The notes beneath the pieces were generated by a model. It saw only the letters and a program-made list of their open reading frames with translations, was not told where the DNA came from and did not search any database. A DNA stretch of 32,000 nucleotides. Source: Candidatus Saccharimonadota bacterium. Lineage in GTDB: Bacteria > Bacillota_I > Bacilli_A > Mycoplasmatales > Hepatoplasmataceae. The stretch is from the NCBI GenBank assembly GCA_027925325.1, contig AP027133.1, forward strand, positions 120,001 to 152,000, read 5' to 3'. This document shows positions 21,138 through 31,240 of this stretch, piece by piece. The number at the start of each line of letters is the position of its first letter. Within the stretch, counting starts at the first letter, position 1. Position numbers and translations under genes: made by a program.

Positions 21138-22778
21138 ATGAAAACAAAACAAAATCTTATTAATAATAAACAAAATCAATATGGACTTTTATCAATGCTA
21201 GCATTGATCGTTGGAGTTGTGATTGGATCTGGTGTTTATGTTGTAAATGATAGTTTATATCAATTAAGTAATAGTGTCGCCTTAATTATTATTACCTGGA
21301 TTTTGATTGCATTAGTTGTTCTTTTTATGTTAATTGCCTTCATTGAAGTTTCTTCGATTACGGCAAAAACAAAAGAGGCCGGTACAATCAATAATTGATT
21401 TAGGCACCTTTGAGGAGAGAAATATTCAAAATATGTTGGCGTATTTTTTGCTTTAATTTATTTTCCAATTTTAATTGCGGTGCTTGCGATTATTTCGGGA
21501 GAGGAATTATTTAAAACAATCTGACCACTTAATAGTGGTGGTTATGATTCGCCTTATTTGATGTTTTTATTTGTTACGATAATTGCTTTCATCGTAATAA
21601 ATATTATCTTTTCGATAAATACTTATACCTTTAAACCGGGAAAGCAATTTCAAGAAGTTGGAACTATTATTAAATTAATTCCATTGTTACTTTTAATTTT
21701 TTTAGGGTTATTAATTTTAATGAATGCCTTTACGGGAAGTAATACTGAAATTAATAATGGAGAGGGTAATTTTGCTTTTTTTAATCTTGATGCCGATTTT
21801 AATAAGGGATGAGAAGATAATGGTGCAAAAAATTTTAAGATTATTCTTTTAATGGCACCGACAATTATGTTTTCTTTTGATGGTTTTTTATTTGCTGCTT
21901 CTTTACAAAATGAATCAAAAAAAACTTCTACTTATAAAGTTGCAGCCTTAAGTGGAGTTGTTTTTATTATTTTGATTTATCTCTTACTTTCATTATTTGT
22001 CTTTGCTTTTGGTGATGAAAGTGGCGGATTTACAGTTTCAAATGCTATTTATAATATTAGCGGTCAGAAATGATTATCAACGATTATTGGAATTATGATT
22101 GTTATCTCTGTTCTTACCGGAATATCAGGAAATTCAATTGCTCAGAATCGGATGATTGCTGATCTTTCTATAAATAATGAAATAAAAGATTTAAAAGGTA
22201 ATCTAATTGCTAGAAATGAAGCAAAAGTTCCACAAAATTCAGCTAAATTAGCTTGAATTATTGCTCTTATTTGCTTATTTTTTCTTCGCTTCTTTGATTT
22301 ACTGATCTTAATTAGTTATCTAAATGAAGACGGATATATTATAAATTCAACGTTATTTATATCGGGATGATCGTTAAATTTTATTACCTTAATTTCCTAT
22401 ACTTTTTATATTTTGATAATAATAGGTGCTTTTAAAAATCGTTTTGATCATAAAGTTGAAGTTGATAAAAATAAATTATTTTATCCGGCTGCTACGATCT
22501 CAATTGTAATTATTACGATTGTTCTTTTGGTATTTATAGTTGATTTATTTGATTATCGGGCTATTATTGATAAGGAAATAGTTATCTCAGAATTACTTTC
22601 GTATATCTTTCATATTTTAATTGCAATAATAATAATTTTGCTGATTATTTTTTTACCAATTATTTTTACAAAGGGTGTTAAAAAAGCAAAAAAGGAACAA
22701 TTAGAGGAAAAAAAACGATTAATTAAAGCATATAAAATGCAAAAAACAGATCCTAGATATATAAAAAAGCAAAAATAA
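21138..22778 (+). CDS. APC-superfamily amino acid/polyamine permease, paralog 2
   Basis: Track fragments 21138, 21558, 21852 and 22413 share frame 0 and join through seven TGA(Trp) codons, giving 546 aa. It is collinear with paralog 1 along its full length. Confidence 0.85.
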
Positions 22779-22949
22779 TTTATAATTAGTTTGCAGTTAA
22801 ATTAATACAACTCAATGTTAAGGTTTAACCTACTTATATTTATTTTTTTCAACAAATTTCTAATTTTACTAATTTAATAAGTAGTATCATTTTTATTTTT
22901 TATTTTTATTTACTAATTTACTTTTTAAGGATTATTTTTTATTTTTTAT

Positions 22950-24170
22950 ATGGATGGAATAATACAAATTTTAATTGATTCAACCGATACGACAATTGTT
23001 GATATAATGGTCTGGGTTTCTCTTTCACTTATTTTGTTTGAGATGATCAATATATTTACAAAAGATAAGTTTTATAGTTCGATCGAGCACACAAGAATTT
23101 TTCAACCTTTTTTAGGAGCTTTGATGGGATCGATTCCTGGATGTTCAGGACCGATCATTGTGACAAATCTTTACAACAAGAAGAAAGTGACATTCGGAAC
23201 ATTATGTGCAGCATTTATCTCTACTTTTGGTGATGCTGCATTTGTTTATCTTGCAAATGATTGATTATTTTTTATGCAATTATTAGTTATTTCGTTTATT
23301 GTAGGAGTTGCTATTGGTTATCTTTTAGATTTTACGCCTTGAGGAAAAAGAATGCAGATTTGATTACGTAAAGATGAAAAAATTCCTCCTGTTTATGGTG
23401 TCGATAATCAAAAAATGAAAGAGATTACTCCACAATATTTTTTAGTAATTGATCGATATATTATGCCATTAGTTTTCTTTTCGCTTATTTTGTTTATTTT
23501 TCCAGAAACAATTTATGCTGTTAGCGGTCATACGAATGAAGCGGGAGAGATTGTTCCAACTTTTTGAGGTGATGGTTTTGCAAAATATATTGAAATTTCT
23601 CAATATATTGTTTTTTCAATGGTTATTTTCTTTATCATTTATTATTTTGGGAGAAAATATTATTTTAGAAGATATTCTGATTATCGTTTGCGTGAGGATC
23701 AAGCAAAGGAAAGATATTGTGGAAAAGGACAAGTTTGTGTAATTGCAAAACATCGCTACAAATCTTTAGGAAATGAAATGTATGAGGTCTATTATGATTC
23801 GTTTGTTGATTCAATTTTTATCATGGTCTGAGTTTTTGTTGGAGTCTCAATTTTTACATTTATTTATAATCCATTCGAAGAAGGATGAAATAAATTCTTT
23901 ATGCTTGGAGGAGGAAGCGTTAGTGTCTTGATCGGTGTTTTTGTCGGAATGATTCCTGGTTGTGGTCCGCAAATTGCCTTTGCAAATATCTTTTTTCAAT
24001 CAAATGGTTCAATCAGTAGGTCGGCTGTTGTCGCTAATTCGATAAATCAAGATGGTGATGCTGAATTTCTTCTGATGACAACAAATAAAAAAACATTTTT
24101 TGTAATGGGATTATTTAATTCAATTTCGGCTTTGATTGTTGGATTTGCCTTTTTACCATGGTATGGTTAG
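22950..24170 (+). CDS. ArsP_2/DUF2899-like 10-TM putative metal-ion transporter
   Basis: ORFs 22950..23264, 23619..23831 and 23901..24170 share frame 0 and join through six TGA(Trp) codons, which I checked codon by codon, giving 406 aa. An internally repeated motif is present: GALMGSIPGCSGPII...FGDAAF in the N-half and GVFVGMIPGCGPQIA...DGDAEF in the C-half. Confidence 0.65.
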
Positions 24171-24184
24171 AATTTACAATATAA

Positions 24185-25288
24185 TTATTTCTTTTTCTTT
24201 TTTACATAGTGTTCTTTACTGTATTTTTTCTTATGATTTATATCTTCGTTTGTAGTTGGGTTTCAATATACAATTTTAGTTGTCTTAACACGAGCAACCT
24301 CTGTTGCATAAATAAAGCAATTATAATCAACTGATTCGGCTATATTTATAACATCATCAATTTCTTCGATATTTACGATAATTTTTAATATTCCTCTTGT
24401 TCTTTGCGAAAAACCACCGATTACTGTTTCAATTGTATGACCACGATGATAATTAATGTTATTTAATTTGTCCGAGATTTTTTTATATTTTTCAGAATTT
24501 ATCTCTAGTAAAAACAATTTTTGTGTTGAGTAAATTTTGGAAACAATAAAAGAATAAAGCAAGATAAAGATAACAGAACCGATGATATAAGGGCCAAATA
24601 AAACATCAGTAAGGTAATTAATACTTTCATCATTTTGATTTGCTATGATATAAGATTGGACAGATAATCAGATGATTGAATTAATGATTGAGATAAAAAA
24701 TAAAACCTTTGCGATGTTTAATCTTTTTTCGCGATTTAAATATCTTACGATTGGATCAAGTCCTAATGATGTCGCTCCTTTTGTAAAGATAATTCCTAAA
24801 GATACTCCATATACAATTCCAGCCATAAAAGCAAGAATAAAAATTCTAAATGTATTTAATAAATCATAATTAGGATTTGCTTCATCAATTTGTGGAATAA
24901 TTTCGATTTCATTTACAACTGGAATATAGGTAATGGCAAGTGATATTATCAATGTAAGACAAAATACATAAAGCGAATAGCCTAATAATTTTTTTCCGTA
25001 GACACGATATGTAAAAAAGATAATTGGAATGTTAATTGCTAAATTAATAATTCAATAATAAATAATCGTATATTCTTTATCTTGTCCGGTTATCGCTGTA
25101 ATTGTATAGGAGATTCCTTGAGCAATTCCTGCTGCTCCTGCTGAGATGATTCCAGCTTCAATTACAAGTAAATTTACAGCAAAGGCAAGAGCGATTGCCG
25201 CTAGCGTAATAATAAAAATTCCTTTGATTTTTTTATTTTTTGTTACTTTATTAATATTTTTTTTTGTTGCAACAAATAACTCATTCAT
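24185..25288 (-). CDS. YitT-family membrane protein with a C-terminal DUF2179 domain
   Basis: ORFs 24263..24562, 24668..24952 and 25052..25288 share a frame and join through three TGA(Trp) codons; I verified the gaps as open. The frame extends to TAA at 24185-24187, giving 367 aa. It has a polytopic N-terminal part and a C-terminal domain reading HRGHTIETVIGGFSQRTRGILKIIV...FIYATEV. Confidence 0.75.
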
Positions 25289-25345
25289 TAAATCTTTATT
25301 TTCCTAAATAAATATATATCTAATACTATCACTAAATTAAATTAA

Positions 25346-26635
25346 TTAAATAATTATATCGACTTCTATAATAATTTGATTTCTGTTTTTGATATTATTT
25401 TTATCTTCTTTGATTCAAATTACGGTATTTTTAAAATAATACTTATCGCCAATTTTTAGTTTTTTAATTTTAAAGTTTTCTTTGATTCAATCTTCAATTG
25501 TTCGATCATCATTTTCGCTAATTTCATCAAATGGATCAAGGTTGCGATTTTTACTTAAATGTTTTGTATAAAAATTAGTCATTTTTACATTTGGATTAAC
25601 TAAAAAATTATTTTCACTAAGAATATATATTCCCTCTTTTGTTACATCTTCATCATCATATAATTTACCAACGATTGTCTCTAAGATATCCTCGATTGTT
25701 ATTAATCCGACAAATTTATTATTTTTATTTATGATAATTCCGATTTTTTGTCTTTTACTTTTTAAATCATAGAAAATTTCTCTTAAAAATTCATTTTCTT
25801 TGAAAGTTTGAAAAGCTAAAGTGAAATTTTTGATATTAGTTTCTTCAGGATTTTTAAGATAATTTATCAACATTTTTTGCGTATTTAAAATGCCGATAAT
25901 TTTATTTTTTTTATTATCAATTAATGGGACTCTTGTTACATTGATATTTTCAATTTTTTCCGCAAATTCTTGATTTGTTAAATTTTTATCAAAAAAGATT
26001 GCATCTTTGCGTGCGATCATCACTTCTTTTGCTGTTTTTTCATCTCAATCTAAAACTGATGTTATTATTGCTTGATCTCTTGCGGTTGTAATTCCTGTTT
26101 TTCCTGCTTCATTAATTGCATATCTTAATTCACTTTCATCTTGAAAGATTTTTTCATTTTCATTTTGCTTTACAAGTTTTTTAAGAGCGATTGAGATCGG
26201 TCTTATCGTTCAATTTAAAATATATATAAAAGATGAAAAAAGCATCGCTCCTCTTTCCGGATACTTTTTTCCAAGCATTTTTGGAATTAATTCACCAAAA
26301 ATAATGATTAAAACAGTCATCACAATAAATGAAAAAAAGGCACTTAAATAGACCATATCTGAGAATAAAAAAGCAAATCAAACTGTTGAAATCGTTGTAA
26401 TAAGAACATTAATAATATTATTATAAATTACAAGTGATGTTATAACTTCATTATAATTATTAATAAAATTTAAGACTCTGTTAGCACTTTTTTTATGCTT
26501 TCCTTCTCTTAATTGTGTTTCTAAGCGAATTTTATTTATTGAAGCGATTGCCATTTCGACAAAAGCAATAATTGCTGATAATATTAATAAAAAAAATATT
26601 AAAAATGGTGGTAGAATATATTGAACAAATATCAT
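25346..26635 (-). CDS. CNNM(DUF21)-CBS-CorC_HlyC family protein (annotated in many genomes as hemolysin or Mg/Co efflux-like)
   Basis: ORFs 25487..26023 and 26378..26635 share a frame and join through in-frame TGAs; I verified the gap 26024..26377 as open. The frame extends to TAA at 25346-25348, giving 429 aa. It has the N-terminal DUF21 helices (FGELIPK), a CBS pair (VPLIDNKKNKIIGIL, FVGLITIEDILETIVG) and a C-terminal transporter-associated domain. Confidence 0.85.
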
Positions 26636-26772
26636 TTATTCCTCTATTTTTATTGTAATTAAATATTTTCTAATTCAATAATAAATAACTAATTTATTAT
26701 ATAATAAAAGAGTTAAAAAGATTTAATTAATTTTATATTAAATTACCAAGAAATATAACTTTTTGATAAATA

Positions 26773-27642
26773 ATGAATGATAAAATAGAGGAAAAGAAAA
26801 AGAAATCTCGTCTTATAAGATTAAATAAAAAGGGAATTATTATAATATCAATAATTCTTATATTATTAGCAGTTATAATATCTCTTTCTGTTTATTATGG
26901 TACAAAAGATTATCGTCCTTATCCACCTAATATTACAATTTATAAAAATACAAAAAAATTTGATAAAGATATAAAAAATGTACAAAAAAGAATAGATGAT
27001 CAAAATAATACAGAACAAGAAGTTACAGGTATTGTTTTTTTTGCTCGCAATGGACAAAATAGTAATTATGCATTTTATAATGATGATGGAAAAAAAGATA
27101 AAGATTATTCAACAAAAAATGGTCCCTTTTCAAAATATTTAATCAATTTTAATTCTACTTCTGATTTTAAATGATATGGTTTTATGGTCTCTGAGGATGA
27201 GGATATAAGGGGTGTAATTGAAGATTTTATTGTTGATAAAAATATGGATCTAGATGAAGATAATTCCGATCTTAATGATAAATTAAATTATCAGAAAGTT
27301 TATTTTATAAATGATTCTAATCAAGATTCTCAATCAATCAGTGATGATGAATATACTCCATATTATTTTGATGTAAACTATGATGATAGCTTATCTTTAA
27401 GAAATGGAACTCCTGATGTTGGGCTTCAAAATACAATTACCTGAATGTGATTTGTAAATAATCCTAGTTCCAGTGATTTTGAAGATTATATTATCGCTGT
27501 GAATGGCGATCAATTTGTTTATACAGAAACAGATGATGATGGAAATGAAACGATTGAAATTCGTGATTTTAGCGAAGAGTTTTTTGAAAATATTGAAAAT
27601 GCAATACAAAGCAATGATTTTAATTTTACCGATAAGGTATAA
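26773..27642 (+). CDS. hypothetical N-terminally anchored, Asp/Asn-rich protein
   Basis: ORFs 26773..27174 and 27184..27444 share a frame and join through three TGAs to TAA at 27640-27642, giving 289 aa. It has a basic N-terminus followed by one TM helix (GIIIISIILILLAVIISLSVYY). The rest is acidic and contains no motif I recognise. Confidence 0.6.
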
Positions 27643-27665
27643 ATTTATAATAAGGAGAGTAAAAA

Positions 27666-29027
27666 ATGGTATTTAATTTTATGCAGAAACGTTTAGAAAA
27701 AACTATTCGTAAAGTTCAATCTAAAGGATTATTAAGTAAAGAAAATATTGAAGATATTTTAAAAGAAGTAAGACTTATTTTATTAGAATCAGATGTTAAT
27801 TTAAAAGTAACAGATGATTTTATTTCTTTTATTGAAAAAAAAGCAATTGGAAAAGTTATCGACACAGATCGTACTTCTTCGCAAGAAATTCTTAGAATTA
27901 TTTATGATGAGCTTGTTAATATTTTAGGAAAAGAAGCAAAGAAGTGAAATTTTCAATCAAGATCAATTGTGATGATGGTTGGGCTTCAAGGTTCAGGGAA
28001 AACAACCACTGTTGCAAAATTAGTAAATAACTTATTTAAAAAAGAAAAAAGATATAAAAATCCTTTAATTGTGGCGTTAGATATATATCGACCAGCAGCG
28101 ATTGATCAATTAGAAACATTGGCTAAAAAAATAAATGTTGCCTTTTATGCAGAAAGAGCAGAAAAAGATGTTCTTAAAATTGCCAAAAATGCTTTAGAAT
28201 TTGCTAATAAAAATAATCATGATTTAATTATTTTAGATACAGCAGGGCGTTTACAGACTGATCAAAAATTGATGACAGAATTGCAAATGATTAAAAAGAT
28301 TTTTATTCCTACTGATATTATTTTTGTTGCTGATGGATTTTCGGGACAAGAGATTTTAAATGTAGCGGAAGAATTTAATAATAAACTTAAATTATCTTCA
28401 ATTATCGTTACAAAGATGGATTCAAATGCAAAGGGTGGAGCTATTTTTTCTCTTGCTTATTGATTAAAAATTCCTATTTCTTATCTTGGAATGGGTGAAA
28501 AGATCGCAAATCTTGAGATTTTTTATCCTAATCGAATTGCTTCAAGAATTCTTGGCCTTGGTGATATTGAAACGCTTACCGAAAAGGCACAAGAATTAGG
28601 AAACGAAAAAGCACAAGAAAAGATGTTTCGCAAGATGATGGCCGGAAAATTTGATCTTGATGATTTACTTGTATCGATGGAACAATTAAGCAAAATGGGT
28701 AATTTAGGAGCAATTACAAGATTACTACCAAGTTTTGGAAAACTACGCAATTTATCTGAAGATAAAATTAATTCAGCACAGACAAAACTTGAAGTTTATA
28801 AGATATTAATAAATTCGATGACAAATAAAGAACGTAAAAATCCTCGTTTATTAAAACATCAAAAACGTAAAGAACGAATTCTAAAAGGTTCAGGTCGAAC
28901 CGCCCAAGAATATAATGATTTATTGAGACAGTTTGAAAAAATGCAAAAACAAATTATGCAATTATCAAAAGTTTTAAAAGCAGGAAAAATTCCTGATTTA
29001 AGTAAAATCGGAAATGGATTTTTTTAA
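27666..29027 (+). CDS. ffh: signal recognition particle protein Ffh
   Basis: Three track fragments share frame 0 and join through two TGA(Trp) codons, giving 453 aa. It has the G-domain motifs GLQGSGKTTT, DTAGR and TKMD, and a Met-rich M domain (MFRKMMAGKFDLDDLLVSMEQLSKMG). An AAGGAGA RBS is present. Confidence 0.96.
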
Positions 29028-29050
29028 ATAATTGATAATAAAATAATTAG

Positions 29051-29090
29051 CTGTTAGGTTAAAAAACCTAACAGTTCTTATATTTTAATT
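29051..29090 (+). terminator. hairpin after ffh (terminator or partial attenuator ahead of rpsP)
   Basis: A 10-bp stem CTGTTAGGTT/AACCTAACAG with an AAAA loop (29051-29074), followed by TTCTTATATTTTAATTT. Confidence 0.55.
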
Positions 29091-29115
29091 TATAATATAA
29101 ATGGAGGTTAGAAGT

Positions 29116-29394
29116 GTGGCAGTAAGTTTAAGATTAACCAGAATGGGTTCAAAGAAAAAACCATTTTTTCGAATTGTTGCAATAGATTCACGAAAAAAAA
29201 GAGATGGTTCCTATATTGAATTAATAGGAACATATAATCCTCTTACAAATGAGAATAAAATCAAAAGAGAAGTTGCGTTGAAGTGATTAAATAATGGTGC
29301 AAAACCTTCTGATACTGTACGAGAATTACTATCAAAAGAAGGAATTCTAAAAGAATTTCATGATGCAAAAAATAAAAAAACAAAATCAGAGTAA
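29116..29394 (+). CDS. rpsP: 30S ribosomal protein S16
   Basis: The preferred start is GTG at 29116, 8 nt after a GGAGG RBS, giving (M)[30 protein letters not shown]..., a typical S16 N-terminus. The track ATG at 29101 overlaps the RBS. It continues through one TGA to TAA at 29392-29394, giving 92 aa. Confidence 0.9.
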
Positions 29395-29899
29395 TTTAAT
29401 TTGATTGGGTACAATTGTAAATACACATGGATTAAAAGGTGAAGTTAGAATTCTTAGTAATTCTGATGATCTAAATGAAGCTTTTAAAGAAGGCGAAGAG
29501 TTTTTTTTACAAGATCAACAAAAATTAATCGTTGAAAGTTATCGTTTACATCGTAATTTTGTTTTAGTGATGTTTAAGGATATCGATACGATTGAAAAAG
29601 CACAGAAGTTAAAAAATAAAGAGATATACAAAGTTTCAAACTTAAATATTAAAGAGGAATTTTATTTAAAAGATTTAATCGGTGCAAAAGTAATAAATGA
29701 TGATCAAAAAGAATTAGGAATTATTATTGATTTATTGCATCAAGTTGCTTATGATAGTATTGTTGTCAAATTATTAATTGATGATAATATAATTAATATT
29801 CCTCTTATTGATGAGTTTTTTATTGATTTTGATGCAAAAAAATCTGTTGTATATGTTAAATTAAGCGAAGAATTCATAAACGCCAATATTAATAGCTAA
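29363..29899 (+). CDS. rimM: 16S rRNA processing protein RimM
   Basis: It contains ...[22 protein letters not shown]..., the RimM G.I...HG.KGE motif. The track start is TTG at 29405. The in-frame ATG at 29363 ([19 protein letters not shown]..., through one TGA) gives a more typical 178-aa length but overlaps the rpsP 3' end by 32 nt. The start is uncertain. Confidence 0.8.
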
Positions 29900-29901
29900 T
29901 T

Positions 29902-30570
29902 ATGAAAATAACATTTATTACTTTATTTCCTGAATATTTTACCTTTTTTAAGAATCATAGTATTATTAAAAGAGCGATTGAAAATAAAAAAATTAAAATC
30001 GAACTTTTAAATCCAAGAGATTTTACAAAAGATAAAAATAGACAGGTTGATGATTATATTTATGGAGGCGGAGCAGGAATGCTCATGCTTATCGAACCGA
30101 TTGTAAAAGCGATCGAAAAAGTAAAAAATGAAAATAGTTTTGTAATTCTTACATCACCAAGAGGAAGAAAATTTTCGCAAGAATTAGCAAAAAAAATAGC
30201 AATAACAAAAAAAGAATTAATCATTATTTGTGGGCATTATGAAGGAATTGATGCCAGAATTAAACATTTTATCGATCTTGAAATTTCCTTGGGTGAATTT
30301 ATCTTAACAGGAGGAGAGATCGTGGCGATGGCTATTTCTGATGCAATTATCCGTTTAATTCCTGATGTTATTAATAAAGATTCTTTAATTGAAGAGTCAT
30401 TTGAAAATAATCTAATCGAAACAGATCATTATACAAAACCTCAGGTTTTTCGTAATTATTCTGTTCCAGATGTTTTACTATCAGGTGATCATAAAAAAAT
30501 TTTAGCTTGGCGAAAAGAAAGTGCGATTAAAAATACAAAATTATTTAAAAAAAATAATCAAAAATGATAG
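29902..30570 (+). CDS. trmD: tRNA (guanine37-N1)-methyltransferase
   Basis: It has the TrmD motifs [25 protein letters not shown] and [11 protein letters not shown]. Under code 4 the track stop TGA (30565-30567) is Trp and the true stop is TAG at 30568-30570. Confidence 0.95.
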
Positions 30571-30593
30571 GAGAAATTTATATTGGAAAGCTT

Positions 30594-30962
30594 ATGGGAG
30601 CAAATAATAACCTAATTAAAGAGATTACAAAAAATCAATTAAAAACAGATATTCCTAATTTTAAAACAGGAGATACATTGCGTTTGCATATTAAAATTAA
30701 AGAAGGAGCAAAAGAAAGAATTCAAATTTTTGAAGGTTTTGTCCTTAAAAGATCAAAGAATAATTCTATTGATGCGACTTTTACCGTAAGAAAAGAATCT
30801 TATGGAATCGGTGTTGAAAAAACCTTTGCAATAAATTCTCCTGTCCTTTCAAAAATAGAGGTAATTAAAAGAGGGAAAGTACGAAGAGCAAGAATCTATT
30901 ACATGCGTGATCGTAAGGGAAAATCAGCAAGAATTAAGACAATAGATCATAAAAAAAAATAA
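30594..30962 (+). CDS. rplS: 50S ribosomal protein L19
   Basis: It reads [53 protein letters not shown]...[20 protein letters not shown], typical of L19. ATG at 30594 gives the canonical length of 122 aa. The track start at 30564 overlaps trmD and would add 10 atypical residues. Confidence 0.9.
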   Translation: MGANNNLIKEITKNQLKTDIPNFKTGDTLRLHIKIKEGAKERIQIFEGFVLKRSKNNSIDATFTVRKESYGIGVEKTFAINSPVLSKIEVIKRGKVRRARIYYMRDRKGKSARIKTIDHKKK

Positions 30963-30998
30963 ATTATTTATAAATAAATAATTTATTTTGTTTTTTTT
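30957..30998. terminator. all-A:T 14-bp hairpin, bidirectional terminator candidate after rplS
   Basis: AAATAAATTATTTA (30957-30970), loop TAAA, TAAATAATTTATTT (30975-30988), then TGTTTTTTTT. An A9 run lies immediately upstream, so the element is symmetric for both strands. Confidence 0.6.
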
Positions 30999-31018
30999 AA
31001 ATAAAATAATATCATATA

Positions 31019-31200
31019 TATGACGGTTAGGGGAATTCCGTAAAAGGGGGGTTTTTCTAGGCGTCGATACATAATAATAATAAATTACATCCCATTGTTA
31101 TTTACAAATTATTAAGCCTCAATTAACTCTATATTGTTATTTCACTAAATAACTAATTTTACTAATTAAGACCGCCATTTTATTGGCGGTCTTTTCTTTT
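31019..31200 (+). ncRNA. candidate structured RNA (family unknown): GC-rich 51-nt hairpin, ~100-nt AT-rich spacer and a strong intrinsic terminator
   Basis: The segment 31022-31070 is about 51% G+C by my count, against roughly 25% for its surroundings. It folds as a long hairpin. The outer stem is GACG(31022-25)/CGUC(31062-65). The inner stem is the 10-bp helix GGGGAAUUCC(31030-39)/GGGGUUUUUC(31048-57), which contains six G.U pairs and is therefore specific to + strand RNA. The terminator AGACCGCCA-TTTTAT-TGGCGGTCT (31169-31192) is followed by TTTCTTTTT. The unit lies between the rplS terminator and the sufS start. Confidence 0.35.
31168..31200 (+). terminator. strong GC-rich rho-independent terminator
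   Basis: A 9-10 bp stem (A)AGACCGCCA/TGGCGGTCT(T) with a TTTTAT loop, followed by a T-rich tract. It lies 40 nt upstream of the sufS ATG. Confidence 0.8.
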
Positions 31201-31240
31201 TGATCATAAAATTAATTTATTGAACTATAATAAAAACATT

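Larger units (their letters stand above)
19419..22778 (+). repeat. tandem duplication: two head-to-tail ~1.65 kb permease gene copies
   Basis: The protein sequences are collinear from the N-terminus (QYGLLSMLA.IVGVV.GSGVYVVND) to the C-terminus (KVDPRFL versus KTDPRYI). Some nucleotide blocks are nearly identical: 20142-20230 versus 21852-21940 differ at 5 of 89 positions by manual alignment. Confidence 0.85.

Noticed and set aside
22860-22874. The 15-nt exact repeat CTAATTTTACTAATT is shared between the intergenic regions at 22860-22874 and 31153-31167.
   Set aside because: My rough estimate for a ~32 kb sequence at ~25% G+C is that several exact 15-mer coincidences are expected by chance. 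The flanks do not extend the match convincingly.
22779-22949. The long (170 nt) leader upstream of the ArsP_2-like transporter could be a metal riboswitch such as yybP-ykoY.
   Set aside because: I found no conserved riboswitch core sequences or GC-supported helices. The only pairing is an 8-bp AT-rich pair (CTACTTAT/ATAAGTAG) 40 nt apart, amid T-runs. The evidence is insufficient.
31071-31083. An (ATA)4 microsatellite lies next to the GC-rich hairpin.
   Set aside because: It is too short and compositionally unremarkable for this genome to be called a functional repeat.
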